Origin: Akkermansia muciniphila
Lineage (GTDB): Bacteria; Verrucomicrobiota; Verrucomicrobiia; Verrucomicrobiales; V1-33
Direction: 5' to 3'
NCBI GenBank assembly: GCA_945861415.1
Contig: CAMAUV010000001.1
Coordinates: 121,194-185,193, forward strand
DNA length: 64,000 nucleotides
Position numbers and translations under genes: made by a program. Each line of letters opens with the position of its first letter. Within the stretch, counting starts at the first letter, position 1. A model generated the notes under the pieces. That model was not told the DNA's origin, searched no databases, and saw nothing but the letters and a program-made list of their open reading frames with translations. This document shows positions 1 to 8,759 of the stretch, piece by piece.

Positions 1-2
1 CG

Positions 3-2459
3 GTGTTTGTCACGCAGACGGATGCCCGCAATGACGTGAATGGCCGGGCTGGAACGAAGAAACACGACCTGAGCCAACTGCAAAACCGCGCGTTTTTGAA
101 TCGTATTACTCGTGTTCACTCCCTCGCCCCTTCGGGGGAGAGGGACGGGGTGAGGGGGCAACCGCAAGTCGACTTCATTGACCTTGAACCCCTGCCCCCT
201 CAGCATCCGAAACCGGGGCAGGCCCTGGCGACGCCGTTTGCCATTGAAGTGAGCGACGACGATCAGACGCTGGTTGTTTCGGCTGCCGCTTCCGACAAAC
301 TGTTCACGATGGATGCGAAAAGTGGTGAGGTTCTGGGGCGTATCGGCGTCGAAGCGGTTCCTCGCGGCATCGCGTTACAGCATCAGTCCGAAGGCAAACT
401 GGCTGCCGCATGGGTACTGAACGCCGTGGCCAACACGGTCAGCCTGGTGGACCTCACCGATCGCACGGCACCTCGCGTCGTGTCCATTGTCACGCTGGAC
501 GACCCGACTCATCCGGCGGTCAAGCGTGGCCGGATGGCGTTTGAAACGGCAGCAGCTTCGTCCACGGGAACATTCTCTTGCGCGAGTTGCCATCCGGACG
601 GGCACACTGACCAACTGCTGTGGGTTTTGAAAACACCAATCGTGACTGGCGGCGACCAGATCATGCCGCGTTCGACGATGCCCGTGCGAGGACTGCGCGA
701 TACCGAACCGTATCACTGGGACGGAATTCCAGGCGATCCATACGGAGGCAACAACAGCGCTCACGTTTACACCAGCGTCGAACCGAATTCGGTGAAAGGT
801 GATGCCGCCAGCAGCGTCCGGCATCTGATTGATGGCGGACTGGCATCCACGATGGCATTTATCGATGAGTCGTTCACCAATGATGAACAGAAAGTCGGAC
901 GACTCACTGCCGCACAGCGAGACGACATGGCAACGTTTCTGTTGGCCGTGCCGTTCCCGCCAGCTCAGCGTCGCCCGTACACCAGCGAGGTCACTCAGCG
1001 CGCCCGCGACGGTTTTCAATTGTTTCACATCGACGGCGATAATGATCCATCCAAGCCAAAGCCCAACGTTTGTGGCGATTGTCACCGAATGCCGCATCTG
1101 GTCAGCACGAACACGCCCGGTATTGGTATGGATGCACCAACATGGCGAGGTGCCTATGATCGATTTCTGATCTTGCCTCAGGGAAGACTGAACATTGTGG
1201 AGTTTCCGTTCTATCGCGAGGTCGCGGAGCGCGGGCAATCGGAAAAGGAGATATGGAAGTTCTCCTGGGGCGGGCGAGAGCGATTCAACCCGGTCTGGGA
1301 CATGGTGCTTGAAGGAAGCACGGGATATTCTGGAGCATTCGCGCGGCAGGTCACGTTAAACACGACTTCCGCTAAAAAGGAATTGACTGCCGATCTGCTG
1401 CGGGCGCTGGAAACCGCAGCCTCCGATGGTGGAGTCGTGCTCGAGGGTGAAGGGGTCTTCCTTGAGAAAGGAAAGGCGAATCCAGTTGAACTGCAATTCG
1501 ATAATGGAGTCTATTTAATTAAAGCTGGCGACCGCAAAGCGTTCACTCGCGAAGAACTCGTATCGCATGCTCAGATGGGGACATTCGTCGGCACGTTGAC
1601 TGGTCGGCACGGGGAAAAGGCAGATGTCGAATCACCTCAACCCGCATTGTGGACGCTGGGCACAATCCACGAACAGCGTGGGGCACAGGAGTTCCCGATT
1701 CTCCACACAGACAATCACACGATGACAATCAGCGGCCGATACTTCGACAAGTCGGCAAGCATCTACGTCGATGGCCATCGCACCAAAGGCTCCATCGAAG
1801 TGACAGGCGGTGAGCAGGATAAAGTGCTCATTACCCTGGATGAGTTACCCAAAGACGGCATGCACCTGATTCAGGTTCAAGCGAAGAATGGTCTGTTCAG
1901 CAACGACTTCATCTTCCACGTTGCCCGAGATGCCGATGCTGCATTGGCGTTAAAGCAAAGTATCGCCGATTCCCAGGTCGATGTTCAAGACGCCCTAGCC
2001 ATTGCAATCGAAAAGGGCGACGTAGCGGAAGTGAGCAAGCGACTCGCAAATCGCCCGCGCGGCATCAATGATCAGCGACCGTCAACAGGTTCAACGCCAC
2101 TCGGTGACGCCGCGTTTCATGGCCACCTGGAGATCGTCAAACTGCTGCTCGACCGCAATGCCGACGTGGACGCAACAAACCGCGACGGCAACACCCCCTT
2201 GATCGTGGCCGCGTTCATGTGCCGCACGGATGTCGTCCAATATCTGCTCGAAAAGGGTGCGTCACCAACACAGAAGAACCACCGAGGCGAGACTGCGATC
2301 GACGTTGTCTCAGGGGACTGGAACGACGATCTCGCCGGCCTCTACATGGGCATCGGCGACGCGACCGGCACTAAAGTGGATCTCGACCAAATCAAACAGG
2401 AACGCCCAAAGATCGCGAAGTTGTTGCGAGAGAATGAGTCGAAAAACCAAACCCCGTGA
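3..2459 (+). CDS. Exported multidomain protein, 5' end open at the window edge: beta-propeller-like repeats, two CxxCH haem-c motifs, Ig-like region, C-terminal ankyrin repeats
   Basis: An 818-codon ORF runs from the window edge. It carries CASCH and CGDCH motifs. The C-terminal stretches GSTPLGDAAFHGHLEIVKLLLDRNADVDATNRDGNTPLIVAA and VVQYLLEKGASPTQKNHRGETAIDV fit the ankyrin repeat consensus. The true start is unknown (see the hairpin at 121-158). Confidence 0.7.
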   Translation: MFVTQTDARNDVNGRAGTKKHDLSQLQNRAFLNRITRVHSLAPSGERDGVRGQPQVDFIDLEPLPPQHPKPGQALATPFAIEVSDDDQTLVVSAAASDKLFTMDAKSGEVLGRIGVEAVPRGIALQHQSEGKLAAAWVLNAVANTVSLVDLTDRTAPRVVSIVTLDDPTHPAVKRGRMAFETAAASSTGTFSCASCHPDGHTDQLLWVLKTPIVTGGDQIMPRSTMPVRGLRDTEPYHWDGIPGDPYGGNNSAHVYTSVEPNSVKGDAASSVRHLIDGGLASTMAFIDESFTNDEQKVGRLTAAQRDDMATFLLAVPFPPAQRRPYTSEVTQRARDGFQLFHIDGDNDPSKPKPNVCGDCHRMPHLVSTNTPGIGMDAPTWRGAYDRFLILPQGRLNIVEFPFYREVAERGQSEKEIWKFSWGGRERFNPVWDMVLEGSTGYSGAFARQVTLNTTSAKKELTADLLRALETAASDGGVVLEGEGVFLEKGKANPVELQFDNGVYLIKAGDRKAFTREELVSHAQMGTFVGTLTGRHGEKADVESPQPALWTLGTIHEQRGAQEFPILHTDNHTMTISGRYFDKSASIYVDGHRTKGSIEVTGGEQDKVLITLDELPKDGMHLIQVQAKNGLFSNDFIFHVARDADAALALKQSIADSQVDVQDALAIAIEKGDVAEVSKRLANRPRGINDQRPSTGSTPLGDAAFHGHLEIVKLLLDRNADVDATNRDGNTPLIVAAFMCRTDVVQYLLEKGASPTQKNHRGETAIDVVSGDWNDDLAGLYMGIGDATGTKVDLDQIKQERPKIAKLLRENESKNQTP
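121..158. repeat. GC-rich hairpin-forming element (CCCTCGCCCC-TTCG-GGGGAGAGGG followed by GGGGTGAGGGGG)
   Basis: Read directly from the sequence. The C-rich arm is 121-130, the TTCG loop 131-134, and the G-rich arm 135-144 (9/10 complementary). A second G-rich arm at 147-158 can pair alternatively. The element lies inside ORF 3..2459 and translates as SLAPSGERDGVRG. Confidence 0.45.
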
Positions 2460-3042
2460 AATGAGGCTGATCCGCTTGCGGCGAAACCAACCAACTAATC
2501 ACTGTTTCGCTACACGTTGATTTCATTTCAGCTGCCAGATTCGCGTTCCATGAACCGATTCTCCACATCGAGCATCGGTTGTCACGACCGACGGGGGAAA
2601 CGAAGTCGGCTTAACTGCGTCGGTCCGACACACGACCGGAGCAGTTTGCAAAGATCCGTTTTCTAGCGTGGGGTATGGGTCGTTGTTAGAATGGCGACCA
2701 TTGAGAGTCTGGATCGGATCCCGGCTCATACCATCTGGGAAAAGTCGGCTTGTACGGGCTGCCAACGTACCCATGCAAACGCTGGGCGGCAGCGTGCGAG
2801 CCATAGGCGAGCATGAGAATGAAGGCAACCGAGTTGAGGTGGAGACGATTGCTCAAGATATGGATGCGCGGCATAATCGGCATGAAACGATGACGGACGC
2901 GGCGGCGCCACAATTGCAATACCCCCATCCGCCGCCTTCCCGCTGTCAGACGCTAGCGGTATCCGGATTCCTCGCCTGGGAGGTGCAAATTGTGGGCCTC
3001 CGCGTGAGCTCGGTTATATTTCTGAACTGAGAGAGAAACGCC

Positions 3043-4170
3043 ATGAATTCACTCGAGTCGAGACGCCAGTTCATCGGCAATGGCATCGTCGCCGGCGCAG
3101 GTGCGTTGGGAGTCGCGATCATCAGCGGCAAACGTGGGGTGGCGGATGATGAGCGACGAACAGAACTAGGCTCCGGGATAAAGAGAGTCATTCTTGAAAG
3201 TGCCGATAGGATTTATACCTCGAGAGGCAAAGAGCTGCAGTATAACTCCTTCACGGACATCGACGTCTGGCGCGGCAAATACTACGTCGTCTTCCGCCAG
3301 GCCGTGAAGCACCACCCGTCAAGGAGCCGATTGGTCTTGCTGGAGTCTACCGACCTCAAAAAGTGGGACGAAAAGGTCGTACTCGACCGACCCGAGCTGG
3401 ACGATCGGGATCCGAAGTTGCTATCGACTCCCGACCGGCTGATCCTCTACACCACGCCGTTTCCGCACGACACCGAGGTCCTGTACACCGAAGACGGCAC
3501 CCATTGGAGCGAGCCGGCCGACGCCTATTCGGACGATGTCGGTGATCAGTGCTGGCGGCCCAAGGCCTGGATGGGCAGCTACTACATGGCCTGCGATTAC
3601 GACAACGATCGCGTCGATCTACTAAAGTCCGACGACGGTTTGAGCTGGAGATACGCATCGACGATTATGCGCGGCAGCAAGTACGCTCCGACCGAAACAG
3701 CCATCACCTTCCTCAAGGATGGCCGGTGCCTGGCGGTGACACGGGGCAACACGAACAGCACCTGCGATCCGGTGTTTTCGATAGCGAACCCGCCTTACAC
3801 ATCGTGGTCGTATGGCCATGGCGACAAGTATTTTTCCGGACCGGCAGTAGAACGAATCGGAGATTCGGTCATCGTGGTTTCGAGAACGGTAATCGGCCCG
3901 GAAAAAGGACAGTGGGACTTTCCACGTGACCCTGAGATCCCAGACGACGATGGTCAACGCACGGCAGTTCACCGATTCGACGTGGAGACGATGTCTCTCG
4001 GACCGCCGATTCTGCTGCTGACAGAGACGAGCGGCGACAGCTCTTATCCCGGCATCCTGCCGATCGGCGAGGGCCGTGCGCTGATATCGTGGCACTACGG
4101 CAACCGTCATTGGGGTACGCCCGGCCCGAACGACATCTGGCTCGCTCAGATAAGAATTGTTGAGCCGTAA
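3043..4170 (+). CDS. Tat-signal BNR/Asp-box beta-propeller protein (sialidase-like fold)
   Basis: The N-terminal SRRQFIGNGIVAGAGALGVA is a twin-arginine signal. There are three Asp-box-like motifs (STDLKKW, TEDGTHW, SDDGLSW). It has an ATG start after a purine-rich leader. Confidence 0.75.
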   Translation: MNSLESRRQFIGNGIVAGAGALGVAIISGKRGVADDERRTELGSGIKRVILESADRIYTSRGKELQYNSFTDIDVWRGKYYVVFRQAVKHHPSRSRLVLLESTDLKKWDEKVVLDRPELDDRDPKLLSTPDRLILYTTPFPHDTEVLYTEDGTHWSEPADAYSDDVGDQCWRPKAWMGSYYMACDYDNDRVDLLKSDDGLSWRYASTIMRGSKYAPTETAITFLKDGRCLAVTRGNTNSTCDPVFSIANPPYTSWSYGHGDKYFSGPAVERIGDSVIVVSRTVIGPEKGQWDFPRDPEIPDDDGQRTAVHRFDVETMSLGPPILLLTETSGDSSYPGILPIGEGRALISWHYGNRHWGTPGPNDIWLAQIRIVEP

Positions 4171-4489
4171 CTTCTTCGGGGGAACTGCTCGGATAAACTC
4201 GATCATCAAAAGAAACACACCTCCAATGGCGAAGACCAAAAACAGGACGAGACCAAGGACGACCGAGACCGGTTTGGCGTACGGCCTTTTCAATCGAAAA
4301 ATCGGGAAGCTGATGGCGGCACTCAGCGACGCTGCCGCAGCAGCGATGATCGCCGGAGTCAGGAGAAATTCCATGAGATTCCTTCAGTCATTGAATTGGT
4401 GAAACACAGAGTCACGGAGGTCACACAGGAAGAGGCCAAACGAAACTCTCTGTGTGCTTCGTGCCTCTGAGTACGTAGCGATGCACTGC

Positions 4490-4786
4490 TCATTCCGCCG
4501 GCTCCTGGTTTGATTGATTGCTTTCCCGCAGCCGTCTTCGCCAGGCATCGATGGCCAGTACAACGCCGATCACCAGGCAGGCCAGCCATTGCAGGGCCGG
4601 CACGATGAACAGTTCCATCCTCTGGTGGCGGTGCCGCATGTAGTCCGGCCCGCGGGGACTTTCGGCCAGCGCCGTGCGGTAGCCGCTCGCTTCAGCCGCC
4701 AGCGATAGCATCGCCAAGCACTCCTCGGCTGCATTGGCCGCAGTCCGGTCCTGGCTTGGGTGGTTAGGTTTGGGAGACCAGTTCAC
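4490..4786 (-). CDS. Hypothetical small protein with a C-terminal transmembrane helix
   Basis: A 98-codon ORF in an otherwise unassigned gap. It has a hydrophobic stretch LQWLACLVIGVVLAI followed by a basic tail. I recognise no family. Confidence 0.25.
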   Translation of the reverse strand: MNWSPKPNHPSQDRTAANAAEECLAMLSLAAEASGYRTALAESPRGPDYMRHRHQRMELFIVPALQWLACLVIGVVLAIDAWRRRLRESNQSNQEPAE

Positions 4787-5090
4787 CTGCGTCTATTGCG
4801 ATTGGCGTGGAGAAGTAGAAGGGCGATCTGTGCATCGACCAACTCCATGCCGCAGGCGGGGCTGCAACGATCAGAGACACTACACCACATAACTCAAATA
4901 CCAAACCCGCCCGAACCCGGCCGGTGAGAGGTTTTTCGGCGTCATGGGCACTACCGTGATTAAGCTACGGATCTATCCGGGCGTAGTCCTCAATATGGAG
5001 GAAATGATGCCCGCATCCCCGTGCGAGGGCAAATTCGCTAGGTAAGAAATTTCAGTTCCGGAACCGTCGATCCGCCAGGTGCACTACCTT

Positions 5091-5257
5091 GCATTCTCTT
5101 AATACATGAAAGCCGGGCCGGGGCTGCTCCTTATAACTGGTGTGCATTCCCGATCATGAAGTATTTTTCTCTCATCACTTTCACCAGAGTTGCAATCATT
5201 CGCATTCGTTGTGCATTCGTATCACGACTCGACCGTCGAGAAGGGCGCGTAGGTTGA
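5091..5257 (+). pseudogene. Relic copy of the promoter-proximal region and first ~18 codons of the PSCyt/DUF1553 gene found intact at 48286
   Basis: Positions 5091-5208 align by eye with 48221-48338, with a 33/33 identical core (5139-5171 versus 48269-48301). The ATG at 5156 sits at the same offset as the ATG at 48286. The reading frame MKYFSLITFTRVAII... stops after 33 codons (TGA 5255-5257). Confidence 0.6.
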
Positions 5258-5335
5258 CACGTGTAGCCCTCGCTGCTGAAATGTCTCGCCAGATAGAAAA
5301 CTGCCGGCCGATTGTCCTGCAATCTAAAACACCAG

Positions 5336-6484
5336 ATGAACCCGAAAACCATCATCCACACCAACCTGTCTCTGCTGGCCGCCTGCGGTCTGGCGCTCGC
5401 CGCTGAAACTCCCCCGGAAGGCGATCTGAAACCATTCCTAGGCGAGCCAAAGATGGAGAAGCAGCAGGTCTATCGCAATGATCGGTTTCCCACCGTGGCT
5501 GTCGCCAAAGATGGCACAGTGATGGCGGTCTGGAACGGCGTGAAGGTGCGGCGCAGTGAGGATGGCGGAGCGACTTGGGGGCCTGAAATCATGGTCGGAC
5601 CGGGCTTCATGGGCGGTGGCGTCACGGTGAACGAAGCCAACGGCGACATCTTCGCCTTTGTGAGTGCGGCCCACCCGCCGACTACCGACAGGGTTTACCG
5701 CAGCCGGGATCATGGCAAGACATGGTCGGTCATGGACGCGGTGATCAAGCCAGACAGCAAAGGCAACAAGCCCGAGATGCACATGAATGATCACGGCATC
5801 ACCCTGATGCGCGGTGCCCACAAAGGCCGGATCATCCGTCCCTCCCGCTTTTATGCCAAGCGCAACCACCACAGCGAGTGGCCAAACCATTACACCAACG
5901 CCATCTACAGCGACGATGGCGGCAAGACATGGCTAACCAGCGAACCCTTTCCCGCCAATGGCACCGGCGAAGCCACGATTGCTGAGCTGTCCGACGGACG
6001 GATCTATTATAATACCCGCCGGCACTGGGTGCCCGAGGGAATGGACAACTCCACGCGTTGGACCGCCATTAGCGATGACGGAGGAGTCACGTGGAAGGAT
6101 TTGGTCATGTGCAAGGATCTGCCGGATGGCCCGCGCGATACCGGTTATGGATTGATGGGTGGCCTCGGGCGGTTGCCGGTCAAGGACAGGGACATTCTCA
6201 TCTTCAGCAACGTCGAGAGCGTCGCTGGCCGCCGCAATGGCACGGTCTGGGCCAGTTTCGACGGCGGCAAGACTTGGCCGCTAAAGCGCCTCGTCACCGA
6301 AGGCGCCTTTGCCTACTCCTCCCTCGACGTGGGACGTCCCGGCACGAAGAGCGAGGGCTGGATTTACCTGTTCTCTGAGGGTGCTGGCGGGGAAATGTGG
6401 AGGTTCAACCTAAGCTGGCTCCTCGCGGGAACGAAAACTGGCAGCGGAGAAGTGCCAAAGTGGGTTGTAGAGCCAGCCGAATAG
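5336..6484 (+). CDS. Exo-alpha-sialidase-like (GH33-type) BNR-repeat protein with signal peptide
   Basis: It has five canonical Asp boxes: SEDGGATW, SRDHGKTW, SDDGGKTW, SDDGGVTW, SFDGGKTW. The N-terminal MNPKTIIHTNLSLLAACGLALA looks like a signal peptide. I prefer the ATG at 5336 to the TTG at 5312. Confidence 0.85.
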   Translation: MNPKTIIHTNLSLLAACGLALAAETPPEGDLKPFLGEPKMEKQQVYRNDRFPTVAVAKDGTVMAVWNGVKVRRSEDGGATWGPEIMVGPGFMGGGVTVNEANGDIFAFVSAAHPPTTDRVYRSRDHGKTWSVMDAVIKPDSKGNKPEMHMNDHGITLMRGAHKGRIIRPSRFYAKRNHHSEWPNHYTNAIYSDDGGKTWLTSEPFPANGTGEATIAELSDGRIYYNTRRHWVPEGMDNSTRWTAISDDGGVTWKDLVMCKDLPDGPRDTGYGLMGGLGRLPVKDRDILIFSNVESVAGRRNGTVWASFDGGKTWPLKRLVTEGAFAYSSLDVGRPGTKSEGWIYLFSEGAGGEMWRFNLSWLLAGTKTGSGEVPKWVVEPAE

Positions 6485-6533
6485 CGACCGGGCATTTTCC
6501 AAAATCTGCCCCGTGAATCCTTTCATACGTAAA

Positions 6534-6546
6534 TTTTTTTTTTTTT
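6534..6546. repeat. T13 homopolymer tract in the sialidase/MoxR intergenic region
   Basis: Counted directly: 13 consecutive T residues, within the most AT-rich stretch of the window (about 6530-6683). Confidence 0.9.
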
Positions 6547-6683
6547 GCGTGCTTACGACCGATTGATTTGAGAAAGATCAACGTTCGAACTGTTCACAAC
6601 AGGAGCACTATTCTCTCATCATTCCACAAGACCACTGGCTAACGCCAAGAAACACTAACAACTCAACTATAGTCCAGCAACCT

Positions 6684-7766
6684 ATGTCACAACAATCCAC
6701 CAGCACCTCCGAAGCCAACTGGCAGCCTGAACTCAGCGACGTCGAAGCGGTCAAGAAATTGAAACAGGCCCGGGAGAATATCACCTTGGAACTGCGGAAG
6801 GCAATTGTCGGTATGGACCAAGTCATTGACGAGGTCCTCATCGCGATCTTTTCCCGCGGTCACGCTTTGCTCGAGGGTGTGCCCGGACTGGCCAAGACGC
6901 TGCTGGTGAGTTCTATTGCGAAGACGATTTCGCTTACGTTCAAACGCATCCAGTTCACACCAGACCTGATGCCGTCCGACATCACGGGCAGCGAACTGCT
7001 GCAGGATGATGCGGCCACCGGCGCCCGGCGCTTCATGTTCAGCAAGGGGCCGATCTTCGCTAACATTGTACTGGCCGACGAGATCAACCGGACTCCGCCC
7101 AAGACGCAGGCGGCCCTGCTGGAGGCCATGCAGGAAAAAATGGTTTCTGCCCGCGGCGAAGACTTTGAACTCGATCTCCCGTTTTTTGTGCTCGCGACTC
7201 AGAACCCTCTCGAGCAGGAGGGAACCTACCCACTTCCTGAGGCGCAGCTGGACCGCTTCATGTTCAAGATCAACGTCGGCTATCCGAGCCGCAGGGAGGA
7301 GATCGACATCATGCGCAGCGTAACTGGCGGCCAGCGTCCGGCACTTACCAATGTGCTCGGCAAAGCGGACATTATTACGCTGCAGAATCTGGTGTCACGC
7401 GTTCCGGTGGCTGATCATATCTTTGAATACGTTGCTACCCTAGTGCGGGCCACCCGCCCGTCGGAGGAGCAGGCCCCGGGCTTCGTCCGGAACTTCGTTT
7501 CTTGGGGTTGCGGGCCACGCGCCTGTCTGAATCTCATCACCGGTGCGAAGGCACGCGCCATTCTGCACGGTCGTTTCAACGTGTCTGTGGAGGACGTTCA
7601 AGCCCTCGCTGTTCCCGTGTTGCGCCACCGTATGGGCCTCAACTTCGCGGCCCAGTCCGAGGGGGTGGATGCCGAGCACGTGGCGAACCGCCTGTTGAGG
7701 GAAATTCCCAGCGACGAATCGCTTTACAAGTGGAACGGGAGCGCCCCGGTCGGAGCCAGTGCCTGA
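6684..7766 (+). CDS. moxR: MoxR-family AAA+ ATPase
   Basis: It has Walker A LLEGVPGLAKT and Walker B IVLADEINR, then TPPKTQAALLEAMQE and ATQNPLEQEGTYPLPEAQLDRF, which are typical of MoxR/AAA_3 proteins. Confidence 0.92.
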   Translation: MSQQSTSTSEANWQPELSDVEAVKKLKQARENITLELRKAIVGMDQVIDEVLIAIFSRGHALLEGVPGLAKTLLVSSIAKTISLTFKRIQFTPDLMPSDITGSELLQDDAATGARRFMFSKGPIFANIVLADEINRTPPKTQAALLEAMQEKMVSARGEDFELDLPFFVLATQNPLEQEGTYPLPEAQLDRFMFKINVGYPSRREEIDIMRSVTGGQRPALTNVLGKADIITLQNLVSRVPVADHIFEYVATLVRATRPSEEQAPGFVRNFVSWGCGPRACLNLITGAKARAILHGRFNVSVEDVQALAVPVLRHRMGLNFAAQSEGVDAEHVANRLLREIPSDESLYKWNGSAPVGASA

Positions 7767-7817
7767 TCAATACCGGCAGCCCGCATTTTGAGGATGCGAT
7801 GCCAGACCCAATGAATC

Positions 7818-8759
7818 ATGGACACTAAAACCGTTCCGCCATCCGCCGCACCCAAGGCGCGCGGCAAGGCTCAGTATCTCGATCCGGCCATTCTCAGCAA
7901 AATCGGCTCGCTTGAAGTGGTCGCGCGGCAGTTAGTGGAGGGCGTGCGCATCGGTCAGCACAAAAGCCCGATTCGTGGTGTCAGCAGTGAGTTCAGCGCC
8001 TATCGCCAGTATACACAGGGCGACGAAACCCGACACATTGACTGGAAAGCCTACGCTCGCTCCGACCGCTATTACATCAAACTCTTCGATGCGGAGACGA
8101 ACTTCGTCTGCAACATGTTGCTCGACGCCAGCAAGTCGATGACTTACTCGTCCGGGAAGATTTCAAAGATCGAGTATGCCAAGTATCTGGCCGCCAGTCT
8201 GGCCTACTTGGTTGTAGATCAGGGGGACTCTGCGGGAGCAGCCATCTTCGACGGCAAGCTGCAGAAATACATCGAGCCGAAATGTAGCAAGCAGGTGCTG
8301 CATGACATCTCGACCGAACTTGAAAAGATCGTTCCGGAGCCGCGAACCAATGTAGGTTCCATTCTGCACGATTTCGCCCACCGCATGAAACGGCGGGGCT
8401 TCGTGATGATTTTTTCGGACCTGTTTGACAACACCGAGGAATTCATCGCCGGTCTCAACCACCTTCGCTTCGGCGGGCACAACGTGGTGCTGTTCCACGT
8501 TCTGGATCCGTATGAGATCGAGTTTCCGCTCAGCGGAATGTGGAAGTTCCTCGGGCTGGAAGGCGAGGGTGAGGTTATCACCCAGCCGTCCCGTGTGCGG
8601 GCCAACTATTTGAAGGAACTCGAGGAGTTCGTGGGTGGAATCCGCAAGGCCTGCGCCAAGGCGCAGGTGGATTACGTCCTCGTTAATACTGCCGATCCTG
8701 TCGAGCACACCATTTCCAACTATCTTCTCCAGCGCTCCGCGCTGGCAAAGTCCCGCTGA
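7818..8759 (+). CDS. DUF58 domain protein (VWA-like partner of MoxR)
   Basis: The motif YRQYTQGDETRHIDWKAYARSDRYYIKLFDAE matches the DUF58 signature as I recall it. It sits directly downstream of MoxR, as is usual. Confidence 0.88.
   Translation: MDTKTVPPSAAPKARGKAQYLDPAILSKIGSLEVVARQLVEGVRIGQHKSPIRGVSSEFSAYRQYTQGDETRHIDWKAYARSDRYYIKLFDAETNFVCNMLLDASKSMTYSSGKISKIEYAKYLAASLAYLVVDQGDSAGAAIFDGKLQKYIEPKCSKQVLHDISTELEKIVPEPRTNVGSILHDFAHRMKRRGFVMIFSDLFDNTEEFIAGLNHLRFGGHNVVLFHVLDPYEIEFPLSGMWKFLGLEGEGEVITQPSRVRANYLKELEEFVGGIRKACAKAQVDYVLVNTADPVEHTISNYLLQRSALAKSR

Noticed and set aside
1980-2459. Ankyrin repeats as a sign of eukaryotic contamination or a host-targeted effector.
   Set aside because: The repeats are the C-terminus of a continuous ORF with bacterial-type haem-c motifs and the same codon style. 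Ankyrin repeats are well documented in bacteria. There is no secretion-system context to support an effector claim.
2523-3030. Small ORFs in the 580-nt gap between genes 1 and 2, including a minus-strand ORF (2686-2928) with a signal-peptide-like stretch NSVAFILMLAYGSHAAAQ.
   Set aside because: There is no recognisable family and there are competing overlapping frames. The similarity to a signal peptide is weak evidence on its own. The region is left unannotated.
3622-4374. Minus-strand 250-aa ORF whose first ~70 residues look like a genuine two-TM small protein (LLTPAIIAAAAASLSAAISF, VVLGLVLFLVFAIGGVFLLMI).
   Set aside because: There is no stop until 3622, so it would overlap the well-supported gene 3043-4170 by about 550 nt, and the overlapping part translates to Arg-rich junk. 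A single-base shift near 4170 would give a ~75-aa protein, which could indicate a sequencing indel or a decayed gene. As the sequence stands I cannot support a CDS call.
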